A stretch of DNA of 15,637 bases from Acidobacteriota bacterium (GTDB lineage: Bacteria > Acidobacteriota > UBA6911 > JACQSX01), in the NCBI GenBank assembly GCA_036507075.1, contig DASXQR010000191.1:1-15637 (forward strand), read 5' to 3'. This document shows, in pieces, positions 1 to 6,521 of the stretch; the first letter of the stretch is position 1, and each line of letters begins with the position of its first letter. A model generated the notes under the pieces. That model ran no database searches and was not told where the DNA came from. It was given only the letters and a program-made list of their open reading frames with translations. A program made the position numbers and the translations under genes.

Positions 1-129
1 AACCGGCGCAAATCCGCGTCGCGCGGGAAACTTTTCTACCGTCTCGTCCAGCAGGCCGTGCAGGTCGAGCCAGCTCCATTTTCAACTCTGATCAAACCAC
101 AACCTGTAGTACGTGGTGGAGTCAAGTAA
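1..129 (+). mobile_element. 3' end of an IS1595-family (ISXO2-like DDE) transposase gene, truncated by the window edge
   Basis: Frame +1 reads NRRKSASRGKLFYRLVQQAVQVEPAPFSTLIKPQPVVRGGVK* (TAA 127-129). The (F)NRR.S.SRGKLFYRL.QQAV motif is recognised from memory as the C-terminus of IS1595-family transposases. Not in the ORF track because the start lies outside the window. Confidence 0.75.
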
Positions 130-136
130 ATACCCC
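118..136 (+). repeat. Probable right terminal inverted repeat of the IS
   Basis: GGAGTCAAGTAAATACCCC overlaps the transposase stop, where an IS end is expected. The left end is outside the window, so it cannot be matched. Confidence 0.4.
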
Positions 137-141
137 TAATA

Positions 142-164
142 ACCAATGACCAATGACCGGTGAC
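142..164 (+). repeat. Short heptamer tandem repeat
   Basis: ACCAATG ACCAATG ACCGGTG AC directly after the IS end. Confidence 0.6.
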
Positions 165-234
165 GGTCCGCTTGCCGGATTCTGGCCGGCAGTGTGCGAT
201 TCTGCTATCATTGGCGATTCCAAGGAGGACTCCG

Positions 235-783
235 ATGAAAAGGCTAATAGCCAGCGTCGCACTTGTACTGTGTGTGGCCTTAACTTCGGTTCGCGGCCAT
301 GATCCGCGCACGACGGCCAAAACTTTTTCTCATGGGCTCGAAATCGAGGGAGCAGGCGAGTTGCAACTCACGTACAAAGGGATGCACTTCAACGAAACCG
401 CATACCAGCGCTTTCAAACCGATGCCAGTGTTCGCGATCGCGTCAATGCAGGAGTTTGGAATAATCTGGGCAAAGCCGACATCGGATTTGAGGTGTTGCT
501 CGGTGATCAGGCCGTTTCCAAGGGAAATTACACCTTTGGCCTCAACATTGAAGAAAAGGAGGGCTTCACGCTGCTGCTCAAATCGAGCGAAAGGACGGTC
601 AAGATTCCGCTCAAGGTTACAACCGGAAGTGTGGAAGTTCCCTTTTTGACCTTTGCCATTTTTCCGACCGACAAGACAGACACGTTCACGCTGGAAGGCC
701 GCTGCGGCAAATATCGGGGCACCACCCTTGTTAAGGTCCCCTATCTGGCAGAGCACAGTCACCCGGCCGCAGAAAAGAAGTAG
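235..783 (+). CDS. Secreted DUF2911-like beta-sandwich protein (182 aa)
   Basis: ATG 235 preceded by AAGGAGG (222-228). Signal peptide MKRLIASVALVLCVALTSVRG. The segment FEVLLGDQAVSKGNYTFGL resembles DUF2911 proteins, but the usual WRxGAN motif is not evident. Confidence 0.65.
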   Translation: MKRLIASVALVLCVALTSVRGHDPRTTAKTFSHGLEIEGAGELQLTYKGMHFNETAYQRFQTDASVRDRVNAGVWNNLGKADIGFEVLLGDQAVSKGNYTFGLNIEEKEGFTLLLKSSERTVKIPLKVTTGSVEVPFLTFAIFPTDKTDTFTLEGRCGKYRGTTLVKVPYLAEHSHPAAEKK

Positions 784-790
784 GCGCCCC

Positions 791-968
791 ACGTAGTGGA
801 GAGACGGCCTGCGGGCCGTCCCAGGCGCTGCAAAGCAGCGCCTGTGCAGGGGAGGCCGCGCCCTGCAGTTTGGACATTTACAAACGTAGCGCCGCGGCAT
901 GCCGCGTCTCTACACCAGAAAATGGCCAAACTCCAGGAGACGGCCGTCAGGCCGTCTCTCCACGACGT
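791..968. repeat. REP-like cluster: inverted pair of GTGGAGAGACGGCC hairpins with an internal GTAG-type palindrome
   Basis: ACGTAGTGGAGAGACGGCCTGCGGGCCGTCCC (791-822) is inverted relative to GGAGACGGCCGTCAGGCCGTCTCTCCACGACGT (936-968). GTAGCGCCGCGGCATGCCGCGTCTCTAC (886-913) lies between them. Located between convergent genes. Confidence 0.75.
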
Positions 969-992
969 AAACTGCCAGGCTGAGAGCGGCTG

Positions 993-1793
993 TCACGTCC
1001 CGACCCTCCCCAGAAACTGCAGCAGCTTTTCATTGAAAAACCCGGGGTTTTCCAGATTGCTCAGGTGCGCGGCGTTCGGGACAATGTAGAATTCCGAACC
1101 GGGAATGCGCCGCTGCATCGCGCGGCAGACATCGGGAGGCGTTATTGCATCGTGCTCGCCCACAAGGATCAGCACCGGAACGGAAAGGCGGCTCAGTGAT
1201 TCGGTGGTGTCGGTGCGTGCCGCCAGCGCCAGTTGCGTTCCGGCGATGGCAAGAGGCGACATGCCTTCGATGCCTTTTTGAATTCTCTCTACCCTCCCAG
1301 GATTGTTTTTGAGGGTCGCTGGAGCAAACACGGTCTTCACAAAATCGGAAGCAAACGGGCCGCTGCCTTCTCTTTTAACGCGAGCGATCGAGGCGGCGCG
1401 CTTCAATTTCACCTCATTTCCGTCCGATTCGCTGCGGGTGTCGCACAACACCGCGGCACTAAACCTTTCAGGGACGCGTTCCAGAGCTCGCAGCGCGACA
1501 TACCCGCCCATCGACAACCCAACCACCACTGCTGTGCCGATTTTCAGACGATCCATTACGGCGATTAGATCGTCGACAAACAACTCAATCGTGTATTGCC
1601 CGTCGCCCACGTCACTTGTGCCGTGCCCCCGTATGTCGTAACTGATGCCGCGGTAATCAGCGGCCAGTACAGGAAATTGCGGTTCCCACATTTGGTGGCT
1701 GAATGGAAAACCGTGCAATAGCACCACTGACGTCTTTGAGGCGATACCGGCTTCAATGCAGTTCAGCCTGGAGCCGTTGATATTCAGCAACAT
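993..1793 (-). CDS. Alpha/beta-fold hydrolase, 3-oxoadipate enol-lactonase (PcaD)-like (266 aa)
   Basis: HGFP oxyanion motif, GLSMGG nucleophile elbow, GEHD acid and AAHLSNLE histidine. Start set at MLLNING (ATG 1793). The upstream part of the 993..2153 ORF overlaps a + strand gene. Confidence 0.9.
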   Translation of the reverse strand: MLLNINGSRLNCIEAGIASKTSVVLLHGFPFSHQMWEPQFPVLAADYRGISYDIRGHGTSDVGDGQYTIELFVDDLIAVMDRLKIGTAVVVGLSMGGYVALRALERVPERFSAAVLCDTRSESDGNEVKLKRAASIARVKREGSGPFASDFVKTVFAPATLKNNPGRVERIQKGIEGMSPLAIAGTQLALAARTDTTESLSRLSVPVLILVGEHDAITPPDVCRAMQRRIPGSEFYIVPNAAHLSNLENPGFFNEKLLQFLGRVGT

Positions 1794-1875
1794 GGAAAAA
1801 ATTAAGGGCGCCCGCGGGTGCGCCACAACCCGGTCCTGCTCCGGATTGCCTCTCGGCGCCGCCACGGCTACGATT

Positions 1876-2163
1876 ATGTTTCTGGTGACAGGCTCAGGAA
1901 TCAGTATACAGAGTTTGAAAGAGTTTGCAGCCCGGAAGAACTCCACAGTACGGGTCTTCGGCCGTCTGGATATCCATTTTTTCAGCGTCAACCCGGCCGG
2001 CGAAATCAATGCGGCGGCGCTTGAGATGGTCCCCGACGAGAAAATGGATGCCTTTTTTGAAGATCTGCTGACCAATGCCGAGAAATTTCTAGTCGAAGGG
2101 CGATTCTGGAAGCGTGAGTTAAATCGGGCGGAACTGGTGAGGCAACTTGGCATGCAGAGCTAG
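1876..2163 (+). CDS. Hypothetical protein (~95 aa)
   Basis: Protein-like composition (MFLVTGSG...RELNRAELVRQLGMQS). Fills the gap divergent from the hydrolase. Start uncertain (ATG 1876 or GTG 1885). Confidence 0.55.
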   Translation: MFLVTGSGISIQSLKEFAARKNSTVRVFGRLDIHFFSVNPAGEINAAALEMVPDEKMDAFFEDLLTNAEKFLVEGRFWKRELNRAELVRQLGMQS

Positions 2164-2413
2164 TGCTTAATTGCAGAAATTCGCGTAATAGTTGCCGGTG
2201 CCGTCCGGTTATCGTGGGCGCCATTTTGCGACGCCCACGTAGAGTTTCTACATTTTTGCAGTGGAGAGAGGGCCCTCCACTCCCAAAGATTTAGAACTTC
2301 GACAGTCCAGCGGCGTCCCTGGCAGCGAGCGCCTCTTTTTGCAACCAAGGCGACTTCCTGGCATCTAACGCCCTGGGATTTCCGTTTCTAAGCGGCCATT
2401 TTCAACTGGCGGC

Positions 2414-2443
2414 TTGCCACCGCGGACTTGTCACTTGTATAGT
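2414..2443 (+). promoter_or_regulatory. Putative sigma70 promoter of the rhodanese gene
   Basis: TTGCCA (2414-2419), 18-nt spacer, TATAGT (2438-2443), ending 8 nt before ATG 2452. No Shine-Dalgarno sequence. Confidence 0.45.
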
Positions 2444-2451
2444 ATTTCTTT

Positions 2452-2946
2452 ATGAAAAGAGCACTCTTGTTTATTTTTTCCCTCGCCGCCTCCTGTATCA
2501 TTGCCGCGGCGCAATCGACTCCGGCAGCTCCTCAGGGGCAGACTCCCACCGGCGGTCGCGCGCCTCTGCCACAGGAGGTTTTCTCCAAGCAACCCAATCC
2601 AGACGAGCTGGCCTCCGCGCCGCGGGTCTCACTGGCCGACCTTAAGAAGCTCATCGATTCGAGCAAGGTGGTCATTGTCGACGTCCGTGGCTTGGATTCC
2701 TATAAAACCGGTCACATTCCAGGCGCAATCTCTGTTCCGTTGATTGACATTCCAACGCGTGGAAAAGAACTCGCGGGCAAGAAAACCGTCGTCACCTACT
2801 GCAGTTGAAGTCAGGAACACAGCAGCGCCCGTGCGGCGCTGATTCTCAAGGACATGGGCATTAAGGATGCGCGCGCCCTCCTCGGCGGTTACAACGAATG
2901 GGTCAAGGAAGGCAATACGGTGGCTACCGGCGAGGAAGCGAAGTAA
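2452..2946 (+). CDS. Exported rhodanese-like selenoprotein (164 aa; in-frame TGA 2806-2808 read as Sec)
   Basis: Signal peptide, then IVDVR and GHIPGA rhodanese motifs. After YCS-TGA the frame continues SQEHSSARAALILKDMGIKDARALLGGYNEWVKEGNTVATGEEAK* (TAA 2944-2946), supplying the rhodanese C-terminal LxGGxxxW motif. SECIS-like hairpin downstream of the TGA. Confidence 0.85.
2823..2841 (+). promoter_or_regulatory. Bacterial SECIS-like hairpin
   Basis: CAGCGCC (2823-2829), loop CGTGC, GGCGCTG (2835-2841): a perfect 7-bp stem with a GU-containing apical loop, 21 nt after the UGA. Confidence 0.7.
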
Positions 2947-2959
2947 AAGGGGGCCTGAA

Positions 2960-3289
2960 CTGAACTCGACTCTGGCTCAAAAGAAATGCATCCCCTGCCG
3001 TGGCGGAATCCCTCCGCTCACACCACAGCAGATCAAACCGCTTCAGCAGCAATTAAGAGGTTGGGAAGTGGTTGATAATCATCATCTTCGGAAACAATTC
3101 AAGCTGGCTGACTTCGGTTCTGCGCTCGATCTGGTAAACCGTGTCGCAGAAATTGCGGAGAAGGAAGACCACCATCCCGATATCTGTTTTGGCTGGGGCA
3201 AAGTCGAAATCACCATCTGGACTCATAAGATCAATGGCTTGACGGAGAGTGATTTTATCCTGGCGGCAAAGATCGACGCCATTTCCTAG
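2960..3289 (+). CDS. phhB: Pterin-4-alpha-carbinolamine dehydratase (109 aa), probable CTG start
   Basis: AEKEDHHPDI and WTHKINGLTESDFILAAKID motifs, with the N-terminal LAQKKCIPCRGG extension. There is no in-frame ATG/GTG/TTG between the rhodanese stop and the domain. CTG 2960 follows AAGGGGG (2947-2953). Confidence 0.9.
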   Translation: MNSTLAQKKCIPCRGGIPPLTPQQIKPLQQQLRGWEVVDNHHLRKQFKLADFGSALDLVNRVAEIAEKEDHHPDICFGWGKVEITIWTHKINGLTESDFILAAKIDAIS

Positions 3290-3312
3290 TCCCCGGAGCA
3301 TTCAAAAACTCA

Positions 3313-3477
3313 ACCGCAAAGAGCGCCAAGAACGCCAAGATGGCGCATGGGACGGGGCTGAAACTTCAAGTATGAAGGCACAGTACGCTAACGTTGGTCG
3401 TTTTGATGGGCCTTCATACTTCAAGTTTCAGCCCCGTCCTATGCGCTACTCTTAGCGCTCTTTGCGGTCTTGGCGGT
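3313..3477. repeat. ~165-bp composite palindrome (9-mer tandem arms around a 37-bp inverted repeat)
   Basis: Outer arms ACCGCAAAG AGCGCCAAG AACGCCAAG and CTTAGCGCT CTTTGCGGT CTTGGCGGT. Inner arms 3343-3379 and 3410-3446 match at 35/37 positions, with a 30-nt loop. Located between convergent genes. Confidence 0.9.
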
Positions 3478-3490
3478 GAAGATTTTTGAA

Positions 3491-4273
3491 TTATTCCAGA
3501 CCGGCGGCAGAGTCGGAATCCAGGAACAGGTGGGCGTTTGAATGCCGCCTTAAAATGGAAGCCGGACAAGACTCCTCAATCTTCCCCAGCAGTGTTCTGG
3601 CCACGGCCTCTGTTTTCCTTTCCCCGGGAACCGTGACCACAAGCCTGGGAATGGACATCAGCGCCGTTACGGTCGCAGTGATGGCACTGCGAGGCACCGC
3701 GGCGTTATTGGGAAACCAGCCCTCGTGCACCTGCTGAGCGCGACACTTCGAATCCAGGCTTACAATCTTGAACAGCTTTGGATCATTGAAGTCGGCCGGG
3801 GGATCATTAAAGGCGATATGCCCATTTTCTCCGATTCCCATAGCGCACAGTTCGGGCTTGCGGCTCTCGAAAAGTTCTGAATACCGGCGGATTTCCACTT
3901 TCGTATCGGCCGCGTCCCCCTCAATTCCACAAAATTCGATCCCGGGGGCCCGGTTTACCAGGTTGTCCTGCAGGTATTTGCGAAAGGACGCCGGATGGGT
4001 CGCCGGCAGACCGGCATATTCGTCCATGTGCAGCGCGCGGATGCGGCTCCACTCCAGTGTTTTATCGGCCGTGAGATAACGAAGAAATTCCATCTGCGAC
4101 ATACCCGTGGCAAACATCACCGCCGGCATCGGATGCTGCTTGAGCAACTCCCGCACCAGGCTTGCAAAATAGGAGGCTGCAGCTTTTGCCATTCCATCCC
4201 GGGACTGATAGATGCAAACCCGCAGCGAATCGAAGCTGGTTTCCCGAACAAGACCTTCACGGCTGACTGGCAT
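3491..4273 (-). CDS. nagB: Glucosamine-6-phosphate deaminase / isomerase family protein (~260 aa)
   Basis: FATGMSQ, HMDEYAGL, HPASFRKYL and MGIGENGHIAFNDPP motifs, with C-terminal CPASILRRH. Start taken at ATG 4273; the longer ORF runs through repeat DNA. Confidence 0.85.
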   Translation of the reverse strand: MPVSREGLVRETSFDSLRVCIYQSRDGMAKAAASYFASLVRELLKQHPMPAVMFATGMSQMEFLRYLTADKTLEWSRIRALHMDEYAGLPATHPASFRKYLQDNLVNRAPGIEFCGIEGDAADTKVEIRRYSELFESRKPELCAMGIGENGHIAFNDPPADFNDPKLFKIVSLDSKCRAQQVHEGWFPNNAAVPRSAITATVTALMSIPRLVVTVPGERKTEAVARTLLGKIEESCPASILRRHSNAHLFLDSDSAAGLE

Positions 4274-4371
4274 AGGCCTGACCCATATCTTAGCGCGCCT
4301 CCCCCGTTCTTGGAACGGGTGAAAAACCCACCACAACGGCTTAGCGCGGCGAAGCCACAACCAAAAGTCAA

Positions 4372-4442
4372 GGAGAGACGGCCTGGGGGCCGTCTCTCTG
4401 CGGTGTCCTGCCAAGCTGAGACGGCCCTCAGGCCGTCTCTCC
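4372..4442. repeat. Second inverted pair of GGAGAGACGGCC REP-like hairpins
   Basis: GGAGAGACGGCCTGGGGGCCGTCTCTC (4372-4398) and GAGACGGCCCTCAGGCCGTCTCTCC (4418-4442). Same family as 791-968. Confidence 0.75.
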
Positions 4443-4490
4443 GCTCCCGAATAATTTGCGCAGGCCGCGAAAATTCTCATGGTTAATAGT

Positions 4491-4539
4491 ACAGAGAACA
4501 CAAAGAGACCCCTTGTGCTCTTCGCGTCTTTGTGGTGAA
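4491..4539. repeat. Degenerate 8/9-mer inverted tandem element
   Basis: ACAGAGAACACAAAGAGA followed by CTTGTGCTCTTCGCGTCTTTGTGGTGAA. The missing left terminus CACCAC is found at 4329-4334. Confidence 0.5.
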
Positions 4540-4689
4540 TGGGTTTACAAAGAACGAAATCGATATTAACCTTACAGTGAATCCGCTGTTAGATCGACCG
4601 CTTCGAATCAGGTCTCGTCCAGCGACATCAACCGAGGTGATCACCCAGGCGATAGATTTCAACTCCGGCATTTTCAGGAGCAGACACAC

Positions 4690-4983
4690 ATGAACAAACT
4701 GTATGTTTCGAATCTGAATTTCAATCTGAATGAGGGAACACTGGAGAGTTTCATCAGGGATTTCGGCATTCAGGTTGAAAAGGTCGATATTATCCGGGAC
4801 ACTGCCTCGGGCCGCTCCCGCGGCTTTGGTTTTGTCCGTCTCAACGATGCTCAGGACGTGGATCAGGCCATTTCTCTGTTGAATGGAAAGAGCCTGGAAG
4901 GCCGCAGCCTCAAAGTTGAGCAGGCGCGCGAACGAACGGGCGCCATTGGCAGGCCGGAACGCAAGTTCGAAGAGCGCAGTTGA
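4690..4983 (+). CDS. RRM-domain RNA-binding protein (97 aa)
   Basis: RNP2 KLYVSNL and RNP1 RGFGFV motifs, plus LNGKSLEGRSLKVEQAR. AGGAG at 4676-4680. Confidence 0.95.
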   Translation: MNKLYVSNLNFNLNEGTLESFIRDFGIQVEKVDIIRDTASGRSRGFGFVRLNDAQDVDQAISLLNGKSLEGRSLKVEQARERTGAIGRPERKFEERS

Positions 4984-5306
4984 GTGGTACGGGAATTGCT
5001 TCGTTAATCGGTGTTATGCGGGACACGCAGACAGTACGACTCACAGATCCCAATGCGCATGAATTCGGATTTCACTTTACGGTGGGAGACCGCGTTAAAT
5101 CGACTCTGCCCAAAGGACTTAAAGGGATAGTGCGTGACGGCTGGACGGACACTCATTTCATGGGTGGTCAGGGTAAGGTTTATCTGATACGTCGCGATAA
5201 CGGAAAATATTTCAGCGCATTGGAAGAACACCTGGTAAGACTTGAGCCGGCAGAGTCTATCGAGGACCAGGAAGTGACCGAACTGGCCGGCGCAGAGAAG
5301 CAGTAA
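4980..5306 (+). CDS. Hypothetical protein with a possible SH3/KOW-like barrel
   Basis: TTG start overlaps the RRM stop (TTGA); alternative ATG at 5016. FTVGDRVK...KGIVRD...YLIRRDNG...EEHLVRL pattern suggests a small beta-barrel (inference). Confidence 0.6.
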   Translation: MSGTGIASLIGVMRDTQTVRLTDPNAHEFGFHFTVGDRVKSTLPKGLKGIVRDGWTDTHFMGGQGKVYLIRRDNGKYFSALEEHLVRLEPAESIEDQEVTELAGAEKQ

Positions 5307-5341
5307 ACCATTCTGAAAACCGATTTCAAGTTTTAAGCCCG

Positions 5342-5605
5342 CTACTTCCAGACCACCGATTTGGGTTGAACGTTTTCGCATTCAATCAGCTCGGTCATGC
5401 CACTGGAGAGCTGGCCGCAAGCGGTGGTCACCGCGGCGCGCAGTGCATCGTGCTTGTTGGAGCCGGAGGCGCGTGTCGTCACCGTCCGGCCTTTATACTG
5501 AAAGACAATTTCACACTCGTATCGTATGGGCGAGACGGTCATATAAAAAAACAGTGCGGCCACAGCCGCTAGAATCAGAAAGATGACAGCCAGTTTTCTA
5601 ATCAT
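5342..5605 (-). CDS. Small membrane-anchored or exported hypothetical protein (87 aa, 3 Cys)
   Basis: N-terminal hydrophobic helix, then YECEIV...ACGQL...IECENV. G-rich SD-like sequence upstream. Confidence 0.75.
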   Translation of the reverse strand: MIRKLAVIFLILAAVAALFFYMTVSPIRYECEIVFQYKGRTVTTRASGSNKHDALRAAVTTACGQLSSGMTELIECENVQPKSVVWK

Positions 5606-5950
5606 TCCCGCCCCCAGAAATTTATTGCATCTGAGGCCGAGTCATACTAGCATCGTTTCATGTCGTGAGTTGAGCATATTGCCGCGACATTAAAAAAGGA
5701 GCTAAAAAGCGAATGACGACTCACCCGTTATTTCCTTCCCTCCCAATCTGCTTGAAAAGGACGGGCATTGCCGTTGTTGCCGGTTCCTTTGATCGCCGTT
5801 GTTCTTTAAGTATTTCGAAACTTGCAAGCATTCTAACCGACGTGGGATTTGAGGCATATTGCAGCACACGTGATCCGCTGCTAAAAAGCCAGAGTCTTCA
5901 CCCGACTCTTCATTGGATGCCTCTTCCCCTCAGCGCGAAAAAGGAGAAGA

Positions 5951-6385
5951 GTGATGGCCGTCTCTCAAGCTAGACAATTCGTGTGGATCATGGAACGCGA
6001 AGCCACTGCCGATCATTCCGTCACGCGTGGCTTGGCAAACCCTTGTCCGCAGCGAGGCGATCCACCAGCATGCTCGCATCAACTTCCGGGATCACGGGAT
6101 GCCGCGCTCTCCGATGACCGCCTGTCACAACGCTGGGTCCCACCAGAGCAGGCGGCAGGAATCGATTTCACCTCCAGACGCTACTACACGGACATTCAAG
6201 TGGGGCTTGATTGCGGCTTGACGGTCTGGGCTCACATTGAACCCGGGTTAGGGTTGTATGTTGATGCCGACTTGACTGCAGAGCAGAAGACGGAAGCGAT
6301 TTCTAAGATTGAGGAATTTGAAGATTTGTTGTGCGCGCTCCTCGGCCGGGACTGCCACGAAGACACGAAGACACGAAAGGCTTGA
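5951..6385 (+). CDS. Hypothetical protein (~144 aa) whose C-terminus runs into a repeat element
   Basis: AAGGAG at 5941-5946 before GTG 5951/ATG 5954. The C-terminal half looks globular. The last residues CHEDTKTRKA are translated 8-mer repeat. No family recognised. Confidence 0.45.
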   Translation: MMAVSQARQFVWIMEREATADHSVTRGLANPCPQRGDPPACSHQLPGSRDAALSDDRLSQRWVPPEQAAGIDFTSRRYYTDIQVGLDCGLTVWAHIEPGLGLYVDADLTAEQKTEAISKIEEFEDLLCALLGRDCHEDTKTRKA

Positions 6386-6485
6386 TTTAGCTTATAGTGG
6401 CACTTCTCATGAATATCGATCATTTTTGCCGGAGTGTCACTTTGAATAGAACTGTTGAACTTCGTGCCTTCGTGACTTCGTGGCA
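6353..6485. repeat. MITE-like element with inverted 8-mer tandem arms (copy 1)
   Basis: TGCCACGAAGACACGAAGACACGAA ... TTCGTGCCTTCGTGACTTCGTGGCA. Confidence 0.85.
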
Positions 6486-6521
6486 AAGAATCTGGCAAGG
6501 CGCTGCGACCGAAAATCACCT

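Noticed and set aside
1794..2153. N-terminal extension of the alpha/beta hydrolase
   Set aside because: Not hydrolase-like and antisense to the plausible 1876..2163 gene.
2452..2808. Rhodanese as a truncated 118-aa protein or pseudogene
   Set aside because: The frame continues intact to 2946, completes the domain and has a SECIS-like hairpin at the expected distance. Recoding explains this better than decay.
2867..2959. N-terminal extension of phhB from ATG 2867
   Set aside because: It overlaps the read-through part of the rhodanese gene in another frame and does not resemble the dehydratase family.
4274..4501. N-terminal extension of nagB
   Set aside because: It is translated REP/repeat DNA; family similarity starts near MPVSREG.
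5665..5865. Sigma54 promoters at the two CATATTGC motifs
   Set aside because: The required GG at -24 (GG-N10-GC) is absent in both copies.
5713..5973. 86-aa ORF with an upstream AAGGAG
   Set aside because: The SD spacing is long (11 nt), the composition is not convincingly protein-like, and it overlaps the next ORF and the duplicated motif. Not excluded, but unsupported.
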